This document shows, in pieces, positions 1 to 10,670 of a stretch of DNA of 64,000 nt; the first letter of the stretch is position 1, and each line of letters begins with the position of its first letter. The notes beneath the pieces are model-generated. The model ran no database searches. It worked only from the letters and a program-made list of their open reading frames with translations, and was not told where the DNA came from. This stretch comes from Candidatus Moanibacter sp. (lineage in GTDB: Bacteria; Verrucomicrobiota; Verrucomicrobiia; Opitutales; UBA2987). The position numbers were made by a program, and so were the translations under genes. The stretch is taken from NCBI GenBank assembly GCA_965215885.1, contig CBDCEW010000104.1, positions 128,001-192,000 on the forward strand, read 5' to 3'.

Positions 1-1291
1 TGATCAGCACCGCTACGAAGACGCCCTGCCGTGGGCCGATCAGTATGGCCACAAGAATGGGACCTAAGGCGGTTGGAGCGAGATAGGGAAGCACGGCGGT
101 TAAATCGAACCTGCTATCGCTGATAATGCTGGCTTCTCCTACTTCGAGTATAAGACGTATGATAGCCAGATTCAGAAGTATCACCACCGCTGCGAGGAGG
201 AATTTATGGTGGTGCTCCCGGAGTTCCTGGCTGCCCACTCTGAGATAGAGAGCGGCTGACAATAGTACCGCGATGGACATCAGAAGCCGATCCCAGAGCA
301 AAGAGTTAAAAGCCAGAGAGATGTCGGACTCTACTTTCAGTTTTTGACGATAGGCATTGAGTCGCTCAATGTCTATCGGTGTAACCTTGAGCCCCGGTTC
401 AATAATTGCCTGACCCTCCGTCACACTGATAGAGACTGGATCGACCCCTTTGGCCACTTCCGCGATCTTCTTTTCACTTCTCTTCTGGTCGTATACCAGG
501 TTTGGGGTCAATCCCTTGCGCAAGAGACGATATACAGTCACGGAGAGTTCGCGTGAGATATCGAGAAACGAAAGATTGATGCGAAGAAAACGCAGGCCAT
601 CTTCCTCGGATTGAACTTCGATCTGGGCAATATGTCCCGAGTCTCTCTGTATATCAAAAAAACTGAGGCCTCCCGATTCAGCCTGTATCTTGGCATGTTC
701 ATCGTCGTATACGCCCTCTCGATAGATCTCGCGAAGAATCATTAGGCCCTCGCTCAGAATAACCGATCGCCTTTCAGAGTCCGTTTCTGTGAGCAAGACA
801 TCAATGTCTTCACTATTGAGATTATACGATCCGCGCGGTTCGAAATTGCTCACGAACTCCTGCACGAGGTTTATTCGCCCCTCCGCGGGAGCAGAGTTTA
901 GCTCCTCCTCCAACTTTTCGAGAGCGGCGCTTAGACGGTGGATATATTTCTCAAACCTCTCGTAAGGTTCGGTGTTGAGACGGTAAATCGGAGGCACTCG
1001 TTTTCGTCGCTGCTCAACGAGCTGATCAGTGAGAATTTCACTTTCGTAGGAAAAGGGGATCTCAGCTACAACCCGGGTGCGTGCAACTTGATTAGGCAGG
1101 ATCTGAGGACCTGCGGGAGATAGCCCGACGAAACAGACAAACACGAGAAGACCGCAGAATGCGAGCACCGTCAGTGAGGTTAGAACCGTCTTGATATCCA
1201 GCGTGTTCAGAGTGACTGGCTTATCACCGCGGAGACGCTTGCGCCGTGAAGCATCCGTTCTTTCCTTTTTTGTCTTCTTAAGAAAGCTCAT
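1..1291 (-). CDS. Membrane-associated HD-family phosphohydrolase (7TM-HD/PgpH-like), 5' part only; runs off the window
   Basis: Not in the ORF track because there is no stop in the window. ATG at 1291 (MSFLKKTKKE...), N-terminal hydrophobic helix, long soluble region, then hydrophobic helices ending ILVAILIGPRQGVFVAVLI at the window edge in the same frame. Directly downstream of phoH, the usual position for this family. The HD motif lies outside the window. Confidence 0.6.
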   Translation of the reverse strand, partial: MSFLKKTKKERTDASRRKRLRGDKPVTLNTLDIKTVLTSLTVLAFCGLLVFVCFVGLSPAGPQILPNQVARTRVVAEIPFSYESEILTDQLVEQRRKRVPPIYRLNTEPYERFEKYIHRLSAALEKLEEELNSAPAEGRINLVQEFVSNFEPRGSYNLNSEDIDVLLTETDSERRSVILSEGLMILREIYREGVYDDEHAKIQAESGGLSFFDIQRDSGHIAQIEVQSEEDGLRFLRINLSFLDISRELSVTVYRLLRKGLTPNLVYDQKRSEKKIAEVAKGVDPVSISVTEGQAIIEPGLKVTPIDIERLNAYRQKLKVESDISLAFNSLLWDRLLMSIAVLLSAALYLRVGSQELREHHHKFLLAAVVILLNLAIIRLILEVGEASIISDSRFDLTAVLPYLAPTALGPILVAILIGPRQGVFVAVLI

Positions 1292-1383
1292 TCTTAAAAT
1301 TGATACTACGGGAGCCTTCTACTGCCCCCAATTTCGGTTCTACTGGGACATACATCTCCGTAGATTCGAATTTGAGTACTTAG

Positions 1384-2346
1384 TTACGATTTTTCGATTC
1401 GAGAATACTCAGCGTAGGCCTCGATAATGTCCTGGACTATGGGATGACGCACGACATCGCATCCTTCGAGAAACATGAAGGTGAGATTGTTCACATTTTT
1501 AAGTACTTCTATTACATGCTTCAGCCCTGAACGCATTTTTCTCGGTAAATCAATCTGCGTGATATCTCCGGTCACCACCATTTTACTCCTGTCACCCATA
1601 CGTGTGAGGAACATCATCATCTGTTCCGGAGTTGTATTTTGCGCTTCATCAAGAATAATGAATGAATTCGAAAGTGTCCGACCTCGCATATAAGCGAGTG
1701 GTGCGATTTCTACGATATTGCGCTCAATAAGTTTCCGCGATTGTTCCCTTCCAAAAATGTCGTACATCGCGTCGTATAGAGGTCGCAAATAGGGTTGGAT
1801 CTTTTCCATGAGATCGCCCGGTAGAAATCCAAGAGCCTCTCCTGCCTCCACAGCCGGCCTCGTGAGTATGAGATTGTCCACTTCTTCCTTGAGCAGAGCA
1901 TCAATCGCACAAGCCATGGCAAGGTAGGTCTTCCCGGTGCCTGCCGGACCAATGCCGAATACGATCTCCTTTTGCTGTATGGCCTGTAGGTACTTTTTTT
2001 GATTTATGGTTTTCGGTACGACGCTCGTCTTCTTGATGTGAAGAACTACAGGTTCGGAAAAAATACTCTTTGCTTCTTCGCTGTGGCCGTTGGCAACGGC
2101 TTTTACCATGTTTCGAAAGTCGGCTATGCCAATGTTGAGGCCCTGTGATCGTCCCTCATTGAGGATATTAAAGAGAGTCTCTACTTTATCGATCGCATCC
2201 GATTCCCCCTCAACTTGAAGCCAGTCATCGCGTGTGATTATTTTGACTACAAGGGCACCCTCAACAAGGGCCAGGTTTTCGTCATTCCCGCAGTAGAGTT
2301 GATTAAGGAGACGGGGATTCTGAAAATGGAGAGTTTTTTCAGGCAT
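1384..2346 (-). CDS. phoH: PhoH-family ATPase
   Basis: GPAGTGKT Walker A, RPAVEAGEALGFLPGDL, AYMRGRTL, DEAQN and GDITQIDL motifs. Confidence 0.95.
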   Translation of the reverse strand: MPEKTLHFQNPRLLNQLYCGNDENLALVEGALVVKIITRDDWLQVEGESDAIDKVETLFNILNEGRSQGLNIGIADFRNMVKAVANGHSEEAKSIFSEPVVLHIKKTSVVPKTINQKKYLQAIQQKEIVFGIGPAGTGKTYLAMACAIDALLKEEVDNLILTRPAVEAGEALGFLPGDLMEKIQPYLRPLYDAMYDIFGREQSRKLIERNIVEIAPLAYMRGRTLSNSFIILDEAQNTTPEQMMMFLTRMGDRSKMVVTGDITQIDLPRKMRSGLKHVIEVLKNVNNLTFMFLEGCDVVRHPIVQDIIEAYAEYSRIEKS

Positions 2347-2389
2347 CGCTAGTGTAAATAGGACGAATCAGAACCACATTCGGTGCGGT

Positions 2390-2627
2390 TCAGCAGCGCG
2401 CTCTCAATTGTTTCCAGGTTTCTACGAGCGCTTGCGGTAGTATCTTCGTCTCTCCTATTACGGGCATGAAGTTTGTGTCTCCACTCCAACGGGGAACAAT
2501 TCCAGACGATCAGAGCATCTTTGTCATTATCGGTCTGAGATAGCTGTGCAAATGGATTACCCTTTCCCTCTTTCGTTTTCGGGTTCTTGATATACTCCAT
2601 TCGCCAGAATGAATGGAGAATTTCCAT
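2390..2627 (-). pseudogene. HIT-family hydrolase with internal deletion
   Basis: HIT-like N-terminus (LHSFWRMEYI...NPF...DALIVW) joined out of frame near 2500 to the HIT C-terminus IVPRWSGDTNFMPVIGETKILPQ; the histidine triad is missing. Confidence 0.8.
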
Positions 2628-2883
2628 ATAAGTATCTAGCTGGTAGCAGGGAATCTTCAGATGATCGACTTACGCCCGAAACGAAAACGGGCCGTTAATT
2701 GGTACTTTACCATATTTAATGAAAAAAGCGGCAAGCCTAAAATTTCGCCCGTTCAGTCCAGATTCTGGATTGCGACAGAGCTCAATTCTTTGGTTGCGGT
2801 CGCCGGAAGCACTGTTTTAAGCCTCTGTCCTTATTTACCTGGCCGGAGTGTATATCTTTCACGTTGAAATCTGAATATCAGAG

Positions 2884-3330
2884 ATGTTGCGATTATCTGG
2901 TAGCGACGGATTCCTGGTGGTTTCGAGTTTGATATTCATGGTCGCCGTCCTCTGCGGGCAGATTGTTCCTGATGCTCCGGTGATCGATTTCAAGTTGCCG
3001 ATGTTTGGTGAGAACGGGTACAAAATCTGGGAATTGCAGGGCGAGGAGGGGCGCTTTGTGAATCCCGAGAGAATTGATGTCGCGGGCATGACTCTTAAAG
3101 TATTCTCCGGACAGGCGGATCTCAAATTGGAGACGACTATTGAAAGTCCCATTGCGTCAATGTATATCGAGGAAAGCCGGGCAACGGGCGAATCAGCCTT
3201 GAAGATCACTGGGCCGAACTATCTCGTCGAGGGAGCAGACTGGATCTGGTATGGAACTACGCGAACCGTTTACGTGAAAAGGGCGGTCCGGGTCATTTTT
3301 GATCAAAAATTAATCGATATCTTAAAATAA
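2884..3330 (+). CDS. lptC: LPS export periplasmic protein, LptC-like
   Basis: N-terminal hydrophobic anchor, beta-rich sequence, first gene upstream of lptA/lptB. Confidence 0.65.
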   Translation: MLRLSGSDGFLVVSSLIFMVAVLCGQIVPDAPVIDFKLPMFGENGYKIWELQGEEGRFVNPERIDVAGMTLKVFSGQADLKLETTIESPIASMYIEESRATGESALKITGPNYLVEGADWIWYGTTRTVYVKRAVRVIFDQKLIDILK

Positions 3331-3332
3331 TC

Positions 3333-4007
3333 GTGGTCAGATTTTTGCATAAACGGAGTATTCTTCTTCTCCCAATCTTGATCGTAAGTGTCTCTTTTCT
3401 CCGGAGTGATGTTGGAGAAATGGATGACGCGAAAAGCAGCGAGTCCCATAAGACTGTTATTCAGAGTGAGTCTCTTGAGATGCGGAGCACACCGATAAGG
3501 AACTACTTCTATTTTCAAACAAACGTCCGAGTAGAGGGAAACAACCTCCTTGTGACTTGCAATAATCTTGAGGTGACTGCGACACGGGGTGGGGGGGGCG
3601 ATGATCCCAATGCCACCATCGGCGAGTTTGGGACGATCGAGAGCATTGTGGCTACCGGCGACGTCGAGATCCTGCAGGCCGGGCGGAGAGCTGAAGCGGG
3701 TCGGGCGCAGGTTCTGCCTCACTTGGGAAAGGTTGTACTGACGGAGAATCCGAGGGTCTTTGATGTCCACGGAGAGGTCTCCGGCTGGCGTATTACGCTT
3801 CTCAAGAATGAACGACGTGCGGTTGTGGAGAACAATCCCGAAGATGGTAGACAACGTCCAACCGTGGTTCTCAGCGAATTGCCGGATCTCGGCTTTGAAT
3901 CTGTTGAGAATTCAGACCAGGCCGAAAGTGAACCAGTTGGTTCGTTTCAGGAAACCCCGACGGGACCAACGGATACTCAGGAAATCGTCGAGCGCGAGAT
4001 GCCTTGA
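3333..4007 (+). CDS. lptA: LptA/OstA-family LPS transport protein
   Basis: Signal peptide; IESIVATGDVEILQ...AGRA...VVLTENPRV OstA-like motifs; immediately upstream of lptB. Confidence 0.75.
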   Translation: MVRFLHKRSILLLPILIVSVSFLRSDVGEMDDAKSSESHKTVIQSESLEMRSTPIRNYFYFQTNVRVEGNNLLVTCNNLEVTATRGGGGDDPNATIGEFGTIESIVATGDVEILQAGRRAEAGRAQVLPHLGKVVLTENPRVFDVHGEVSGWRITLLKNERRAVVENNPEDGRQRPTVVLSELPDLGFESVENSDQAESEPVGSFQETPTGPTDTQEIVEREMP

Positions 4008-4026
4008 CCTGGTATCTTAGACTTCA

Positions 4027-4761
4027 GTGAAAGACGCCAAATCATCGCTCAGAACAGTTGGCCTCGTCAAGGTCTTCGGTAGCCGCCGGGTCGTGGATGG
4101 CATCGACATGAGAGTTGAAGCCGGCGAAGTCGTCGGTCTACTTGGACCAAATGGCGCAGGAAAGACTACCTCCTTCTATATTATTGTCGGTCTCATGCCG
4201 GCAACGAAGGGAACCGTATTCCTTGACAGTCTCGATATTACGAAAATACCGATGTATAAGCGCGCCCGTCTTGGCATTGGTTATTTGCCTCAGGAGCCCT
4301 CCGTTTTTCGAAAATTAACCGTAGAAGAGAATCTTCGTGCGGTTGTCGAGACACTGCCTATTAGACGTCGGGAACGCATGGATATAGTCGCGCGGCACCT
4401 CCATGACTTGGGTTTGACCCATCTGAGTGGACAAAAAGCCTTCACCCTTAGTGGGGGCGAGCGTCGACGCTTGGAGATTTCTCGAGCACTCCTCACTCAA
4501 CCAAGATTCCTCCTCATGGACGAACCTTTTAGCGGGGTCGACCCGATCAGTGTCAGCGATGTGCAAGACATTATCCTTGACCTGAAAATCAAAGGGATTG
4601 GTGTGCTCGTTACCGACCACAATGTTCGCGAAACTTTGAAAATTGTCGATCGAGCTTACCTTCTGTATGAAGGCAAGGTGCTCAGCGAGGGGAGTAGCGA
4701 CTTTCTCATCAATGATCCTCAAAGTCGCCGATTTTACCTGGGTGAGAATTTTGACCTTTAA
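4027..4761 (+). CDS. lptB: LPS export ABC transporter ATP-binding protein
   Basis: GPNGAGKTT, YLPQEPSVFRKL, LSGGERRRLEI, DEPFSGVDP, TDHNVRETL, YLGENF. Confidence 0.96.
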   Translation: MKDAKSSLRTVGLVKVFGSRRVVDGIDMRVEAGEVVGLLGPNGAGKTTSFYIIVGLMPATKGTVFLDSLDITKIPMYKRARLGIGYLPQEPSVFRKLTVEENLRAVVETLPIRRRERMDIVARHLHDLGLTHLSGQKAFTLSGGERRRLEISRALLTQPRFLLMDEPFSGVDPISVSDVQDIILDLKIKGIGVLVTDHNVRETLKIVDRAYLLYEGKVLSEGSSDFLINDPQSRRFYLGENFDL

Positions 4762-4822
4762 CCCGGGTTTAACCATTGATCATTCGCGTTGATCATGTAG
4801 AAGAGATTTCCGAACTCGAAAC

Positions 4823-5776
4823 ATGAAGGGAAAACTGAAGGTTGTCGAAAGCATCTCGGTTGAGGAGTTCTATGATTCTTTCAAGGATGAGTTAAAACTC
4901 CACCTCGTCGCCGGAGAAAAGGGGCTTAAGTCCCATATTCGCGAAAAGAGTATCAATCGCCCCTCACTTGTCCTGACCGGATTCTACAAATATTTTGCCG
5001 CAAAACGAATACAACTGTTTGGCGCAGGCGAAATGGGGTATATGCGCGAATTGGTTGAAGAGAGACAGAGGGCCGTTCTTAAAGAAATGGTTGCGAGAAA
5101 AATTCCCTGTATAATCGTTTCTCGTAATTTGGTTCCCACCAGGTGTATGTTCGAAATTGCCGAAGATTCGGCCATTCCCATGATGCGCTCCCCTTTGACT
5201 TCCTGGGACTTTACGGTTATGGCTGACGTCCTGCTCGAGGAGAAGTTTGCCCCGAGCATTTCCGAACACGGTACTATGTTGGACGTTAAGGGTATTGGAA
5301 CTTTGATTCGAGGAGGAAGTGGAATCGGAAAAAGTGAGTGCGCACTCGCTTTGATTGAACAGGGTCACAGCCTCGTGGCGGACGATCTCGTCCACATAAA
5401 GCTTCTTCATGAAAGAGAGCTCATGGCCACCAGCTCGGAGCTGAATCGCGGCTACATGGAGTGCCGCGGACTCGGCATCATTAATGTAGGGGAGATTTTT
5501 GGTATCCGCTCAATCCGATTGGAGAAGCGAATTGATATGGTCATCACTTTTATTGAGTGGGCACCAGGAATGGTGGAAGAACGAACCGGACTCGAACAGA
5601 ATTACTTTGAAATCCTTAATACCAGGGTTCCGCATATTGAACTGCCGGTTCGTCCGGGTCGGGATCTCGCACATCTTGTAGAATTGGCTGCCATGGTCCA
5701 GGCACTTAAGGGTATCGGTCATGATTCCGCTCGGGAGTTTAACGACCAGCTTATTGCACACATGGCTCAGAAATGA
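4823..5776 (+). CDS. hprK: HPr(Ser) kinase/phosphorylase
   Basis: [12 protein letters not shown]alker [26 protein letters not shown]. Confidence 0.95.
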   Translation: MKGKLKVVESISVEEFYDSFKDELKLHLVAGEKGLKSHIREKSINRPSLVLTGFYKYFAAKRIQLFGAGEMGYMRELVEERQRAVLKEMVARKIPCIIVSRNLVPTRCMFEIAEDSAIPMMRSPLTSWDFTVMADVLLEEKFAPSISEHGTMLDVKGIGTLIRGGSGIGKSECALALIEQGHSLVADDLVHIKLLHERELMATSSELNRGYMECRGLGIINVGEIFGIRSIRLEKRIDMVITFIEWAPGMVEERTGLEQNYFEILNTRVPHIELPVRPGRDLAHLVELAAMVQALKGIGHDSAREFNDQLIAHMAQK

Positions 5777-6304
5777 GCGATTTCCATCTCTCGGATCACA
5801 ATCTTTAATGATTCAGTGATTTTTTGTTACAATTCTCGTTTTCCTGGGCGAATTGAGATCGCTATTACTAACGGTGAGGAATCGGAAGTGCGCTGAGGTT
5901 CAGGGCTTTGCGCTTGTGTTAGAAAACAGTGGGATTGGCAACACTTTTCGGGGAAAAGTTATCAGCAGAGTTTTTGTGAATAAGTTGTTAGAAAGTTGAA
6001 CTTGAAAACCTTGCACCTTTGCAGGTTACTTATGCTTCTTGGGAAGGGTAAGGTGCTTGGATTAATCTCTCGAATTTGGACTCTGATAGTGCCCTTTTTT
6101 CCGTGAAGGGAACTTAATTTTCATAAGATGTTGTTAATCAATAGATTACAGATTTTGTCCGATTCTCTGAAAGTTGATTGCATCAATAAGGTAGGTAATT
6201 GCTTCGACATCCTTGGAAAAGAGACTGAGCTTACAGGTGTAGCATACAGGCCCTTTCCCGGGAGTTTGTATCAAGTGTGAATAAATAGCCGAATTTTTCA
6301 ATTC
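5777..6304. promoter_or_regulatory. AT-rich dnaA upstream region with DnaA-box-like 9-mers (dnaA autoregulation site or part of oriC)
   Basis: 528-bp non-coding, AT-rich; TGTGAATAA (reverse complement TTATTCACA) at 5975-5983 and 6276-6284; TTATCAGCA at 5959-5967. Confidence 0.5.
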
Positions 6305-7696
6305 ATGTCACAGACTGCGCTAAAAAGGGATCTCTGGAGTGTTGTAATGTCTGAGCTGAGATCTATGTTTCCTCACGATGTTTATGAGACTTGGTTCGAT
6401 ACTCTAAAGCGTATTAATGAGAGCGAAGATTCGATAGTTATCGGCACTCCCAGCGAATTCGCGGCATATTGGATTCAAGACAATTATCTCGATCTTATAA
6501 GCCAAAAAGTGCGATCGGCGGCAGGACGGCCCATGAATGTCGTAATCGAGGTTACAGACCAGAAGAATTCCGATGGTCCAGGGCAACCTTCCTCTAAAGC
6601 CGTAGACAGCGGACAAAACGGAGGGAAGACGGAGTATCGAACGAAAAGGAAGAGGAAAATCCAGGCTCCCCTTTTGAATCCGCGCAATACCTTTGAGAAC
6701 TTTGTTGTCGGTTCCAGTAATCAGCTTGCTCATGCTGCCAGTATCGCGGTGGCAAAGGCGCCGGCGAGAGCATACAATCCATTGTTCTTGTATGGTGATA
6801 CCGGCTTGGGAAAGACCCATTTGATGCATGCTGTGGCGCACTTCACTCTCGATCAGAATCCCGAGGCTCAAGTGGTTTACGTCTCATGCGAAAAATTCAC
6901 TAACGAATTCATTCGAGCAATTCAGGAGAACGACCTCGTAAACTTTCGCAAATTCTATCGCACCATCGATGTGCTGCTTATCGACGATATTCATTTCCTG
7001 GCTGGTAAGGAAAGGATACAGGAGGAGTTTTTTCATACTTTTAACGAGCTGTTTGAATCCCAGAGGCAGATATGCCTTTCCAGCGATTGCCCCGCCAGTG
7101 AAATATCCAAACTGGAGAATCGTCTCGTCTCACGGTTTCAATGGGGAATGGTGACGGACATTCAGGCGCCTGACTTTGAAACGCGTTTGGCGATTCTCAC
7201 TAAGAAAGCAGCTGCCCAGGGTTTTAGTATTCCTGACGAGATTCTTCAGTTTCTGGCTCAAAGTATTACGAGAAACGTTCGCAGGTTGGAAGGAGCACTC
7301 GTCAGCGTGGCTAGCTATACTACGCTCATCAATAAGCCCCTCGATATTGAAACTGTCGAAAAACTGCTCCAGCATATCTTACAGGAGGAGGCTAATAATC
7401 AGGTTACGATAGATCGGATTCAGAAGAAAGTCGTCGAGCACTATAACCTCCGTTCCAGCGACATGGTAAGTAAACGCCGGCCTAGTAATATCGCATTTCC
7501 CAGGCAGATAGCCATGTATTTGAGCCGCATGCTTACCAACCATAGTCTTCAGGAGATCGGGGAATCTTTTGGAGGTCGTGATCACGGTACCGTAATTCAC
7601 GCATGCAAAACGGTTGAGAATATGATGGATCAGGACGAATCTGTTAAGCGCAGCGTAGAATATTTGGGTAATCAGCTCTCCTATCAAAACGTTTGA
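6305..7696 (+). CDS. dnaA: Chromosomal replication initiator DnaA
   Basis: [48 protein letters not shown] domain IV signature. Confidence 0.98.
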   Translation: MSQTALKRDLWSVVMSELRSMFPHDVYETWFDTLKRINESEDSIVIGTPSEFAAYWIQDNYLDLISQKVRSAAGRPMNVVIEVTDQKNSDGPGQPSSKAVDSGQNGGKTEYRTKRKRKIQAPLLNPRNTFENFVVGSSNQLAHAASIAVAKAPARAYNPLFLYGDTGLGKTHLMHAVAHFTLDQNPEAQVVYVSCEKFTNEFIRAIQENDLVNFRKFYRTIDVLLIDDIHFLAGKERIQEEFFHTFNELFESQRQICLSSDCPASEISKLENRLVSRFQWGMVTDIQAPDFETRLAILTKKAAAQGFSIPDEILQFLAQSITRNVRRLEGALVSVASYTTLINKPLDIETVEKLLQHILQEEANNQVTIDRIQKKVVEHYNLRSSDMVSKRRPSNIAFPRQIAMYLSRMLTNHSLQEIGESFGGRDHGTVIHACKTVENMMDQDESVKRSVEYLGNQLSYQNV

Positions 7697-8227
7697 GTGA
7701 TGGACGTCACTCCCGAACTTGGGGAAGCCGTCGCGGAGTGGGTTGGAGAGGGTTTCTCCCTCTCTGAGATTCAGCGGCTCCTCTCAGAGAAATTTGGCCG
7801 TTCCCTGACATATATGGATGTGCGGTTTCTGGTCGATGATCTTGGTCTGAGTTTACAGGATGCAGAGACGGATCAAGCGTCGGAGCAAGATTCCGCTCCT
7901 TCTTCGATTGGGCGAGCTACCGAACCTTCCTCAGGGGAGGATGCGGAATTAGAAATCTCCGGCGCCTCTTCCAATTCCTCAGCGATGGTTGGTGAAAATG
8001 ATATTCTTTCGGCGTCCGTTCGGGTAGAAGTAGATAGCTTGGTCAGGCCGGGAGCGGTAGTCAGTGGTTCTGCGGTTTTCAGCGATGGGATGAAGGCGGA
8101 TTGGTTCATTGATCAATTGGGCCGCCTCGGATTGCACCCGAAAGTTGAAGGGTATCAACCGAGCGAAGAAGATCTTCAGGCATTTCAAAGTGAATTGCAG
8201 GGCATTTTGCAGAAGAAAGGGTTTTGA
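7697..8227 (+). CDS. Hypothetical protein (N-terminal HTH-like segment, acidic linker, C-terminal domain)
   Basis: 176-aa ORF abutting the dnaA stop codon; natural protein composition. Confidence 0.7.
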   Translation: MMDVTPELGEAVAEWVGEGFSLSEIQRLLSEKFGRSLTYMDVRFLVDDLGLSLQDAETDQASEQDSAPSSIGRATEPSSGEDAELEISGASSNSSAMVGENDILSASVRVEVDSLVRPGAVVSGSAVFSDGMKADWFIDQLGRLGLHPKVEGYQPSEEDLQAFQSELQGILQKKGF

Positions 8228-8263
8228 TTCGCGCTTATTGCGGGAATTTCACCGCCTCTTCGG

Positions 8264-10282
8264 TTATTGCAGTAACCTCCGGAGTTCCGATTCCCCGATT
8301 ATTGTAATCCCGAGTTTCTCTGCTTTTACGTATTTTGAACCGGCTGTTTCCCCTGCAAGCAGATAATTCGTCTTCTTGCTCACGCTTCCGGTGACTTTTC
8401 CGCCGGCACCCTCGATGAGAGCCTTGGCCTCCTCGCGCGTCATCGAGGGAAGGGTGCCGGTAATGACAAAAGTCAAATCTGCTAAACTCGTGGAAGAGGT
8501 TTCAATACTCGTCTCCCTTTCTGTTCTTAAGCCGAAATTTGCCAGACGCTCGATGATTCGCCGGTTGGATTGCTCTTCGAAAAATTGGCATATGCAAGCA
8601 GCCATGATTTCACCCACGCCGTCAACCTCGAGGAGATTATCTTCCGTCGCCTGCGTAAGCGCATGCAGACTCTCGAAATGTCCTGCAAGATCTTTGGCAC
8701 TGGTGGCTCCGACGTGAGGTATTCCCAGTCCGTGCAGCAGTCGCCACAGATCGGCCTCTTTGCTTGCCTCGATCGCATGGATCAGATTATCCGCCGATCG
8801 CTGAGCGAATTTCTCGAGATCTATAAGATCATTGACCTTCAACTCGTAAAGATCCGACACATCATGGATGAGTCTCCGGGTTACGAGTTGATCCACTACC
8901 GCTACGCCCAGCCCCTCAATGTCCATTGCCTGGCGTGAGGCGAAATGCTGTATGCGGCGACGAATCATCGATGGATCGTCTTCGGAAACGAGCCGCCATG
9001 CCACTTCACCAGGAACCCGCTTCCCGGAGATTCCCAGCTCGATAAGGCGCTGCGCGAAGTCGAAAGGTGCACAGTTCGCGGAACGCCTCTCGGGATTCAC
9101 GCGGACCACCGCGGGTATGATCTCTCCCGCTTTTTCCACGACCACCGTATCGCCCTCACGGATGTCTTTCCGCGCAATTTCATCGGCGTTGTGAAGGGTC
9201 GCTCGAGAGACCGTGGTGCCAGCCAGTTTAACCGGTTCAAGTTCTGCCACCGGCGTAAGAATACCGGTGCGTCCAACTTGGATGCTGATGCGTTTCAGTT
9301 GAGTTTCCGTCTGCTCAGCGGCGAATTTGTAAGATATGGCCCATCTCGGCGCTTTTGCGGTACTTCCGGCCGATACTTGCCTCACAAACTCATCGACTTT
9401 GATGACCGCACCATCGGTAGCGTAAAAGAACTCGCCTCGTAGAGTGTCCAGTTCCACAATGTGTTCCCATGCTTCCTCGATTCCTCGAACTCTCCAGTAT
9501 TTCTCCACCGTCGGCAGGTTCCACTCTTTAAGCTGCTCATGATACTTGCTCTGATGAGTAAAAGTAGGGGGATCACAAAAACCGAGCCCGTAGAGGACGA
9601 TTTCGAGTTTGCGCTGGGCGGCAACCTGAGGGTCCAGAAGCTTTATTGTTCCAGCAGCGAAGTTCCGCGGATTGGCGTAGAGGGGGAGGCCCTCTTTGGC
9701 CCTTTCGGAGTTGATGCGTTCAAACTCCTCCAAAGTCATATAGACCTCACCCCGAATCTCAATTAGTGTCGGGGGATTGCTCCCTACCAGTTCTGGGGGT
9801 AATGAGGAGATCCTGTTTACATTGACGGTTACATCATCGCCCTCAGTTCCGTTTCCGCGCGTCAGTGCGCGAACCAACCTGCCGTCGATGTATGTGAGAC
9901 TAACTGCCACACCGTCAATCTTTGGCTCCACCACGAAGTCAATGAGTTCGATTTCAAGCATCTTTTTAAGCCTTCGATCGAAGTCGTAGAGTTCGTCTTT
10001 GTTGTAAGTGTTGTCCAGACTGAGCATGGGCTGTCGGTGGGCGTGTGCCGTGAATCCTTCCAGCCTGTCGTCTCCCACCTTCTGTGTCGGCGAGTCGATT
10101 CGCCGTAGATCGGCAAACTCAGCCTCAAGATCGCTGAGCTCTCGTTTTAATCGATCATACTCATGATCACTGATCTCGGGTTGGAGACCCTGATGGGCTC
10201 GCCTGTGGTAGAGTTCATTGTGCCTCTCTACTTCTCTGCGGAGATACGCGATCTTCTTCTCAGCCTCTTCTGAAGAACTCAT
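8264..10282 (-). CDS. ligA: NAD-dependent DNA ligase
   Basis: EPKIDG adenylation motif, NPRNFAAG, VGRTG, HhH repeats, BRCT domain (GSVSKKTNYL). Confidence 0.97.
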   Translation of the reverse strand: MSSSEEAEKKIAYLRREVERHNELYHRRAHQGLQPEISDHEYDRLKRELSDLEAEFADLRRIDSPTQKVGDDRLEGFTAHAHRQPMLSLDNTYNKDELYDFDRRLKKMLEIELIDFVVEPKIDGVAVSLTYIDGRLVRALTRGNGTEGDDVTVNVNRISSLPPELVGSNPPTLIEIRGEVYMTLEEFERINSERAKEGLPLYANPRNFAAGTIKLLDPQVAAQRKLEIVLYGLGFCDPPTFTHQSKYHEQLKEWNLPTVEKYWRVRGIEEAWEHIVELDTLRGEFFYATDGAVIKVDEFVRQVSAGSTAKAPRWAISYKFAAEQTETQLKRISIQVGRTGILTPVAELEPVKLAGTTVSRATLHNADEIARKDIREGDTVVVEKAGEIIPAVVRVNPERRSANCAPFDFAQRLIELGISGKRVPGEVAWRLVSEDDPSMIRRRIQHFASRQAMDIEGLGVAVVDQLVTRRLIHDVSDLYELKVNDLIDLEKFAQRSADNLIHAIEASKEADLWRLLHGLGIPHVGATSAKDLAGHFESLHALTQATEDNLLEVDGVGEIMAACICQFFEEQSNRRIIERLANFGLRTERETSIETSSTSLADLTFVITGTLPSMTREEAKALIEGAGGKVTGSVSKKTNYLLAGETAGSKYVKAEKLGITIIGESELRRLLQ

Positions 10283-10664
10283 GTTCCAATGTCTCCCGGT
10301 ATAAACTCCAACGGCTGTAAACGCTTACGGCGACTATTGCTCCGATTAAATCCGCCAGGATATCGGCCAATTCAAAATAGCGCTGTGGCGTCTGATATTG
10401 GTGCAGTTCGTCAATGAGTCCGTATACCGCCGTCACGCAGACTGCTATTAGACCCAACCTCCCCGGATTTGTGTGTCCCTCTCGGTAGCGGTAGATCAGA
10501 GTCGCGAGTAGCCCAAAGAGGAAGAAATGGGCGACTTTGTCAACTAATGGAATCCACAAGATTGGTGGCAGCTGCGGACCGCTTCTATCCGAGGCCCAGT
10601 AAATTACGGATGCGAGAAGGATGGGCCAGATAAGTCGGTATATCGATGAGTGTCCTCTTTGCAA
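10260..10664 (-). CDS. VanZ-family membrane protein
   Basis: DKVAHF...YGLIDELHQ...P.R...DILAD..G VanZ signature. Confidence 0.85.
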   Translation of the reverse strand: MQRGHSSIYRLIWPILLASVIYWASDRSGPQLPPILWIPLVDKVAHFFLFGLLATLIYRYREGHTNPGRLGLIAVCVTAVYGLIDELHQYQTPQRYFELADILADLIGAIVAVSVYSRWSLYRETLEHEFFRRG

Positions 10665-10670
10665 TTGCGT

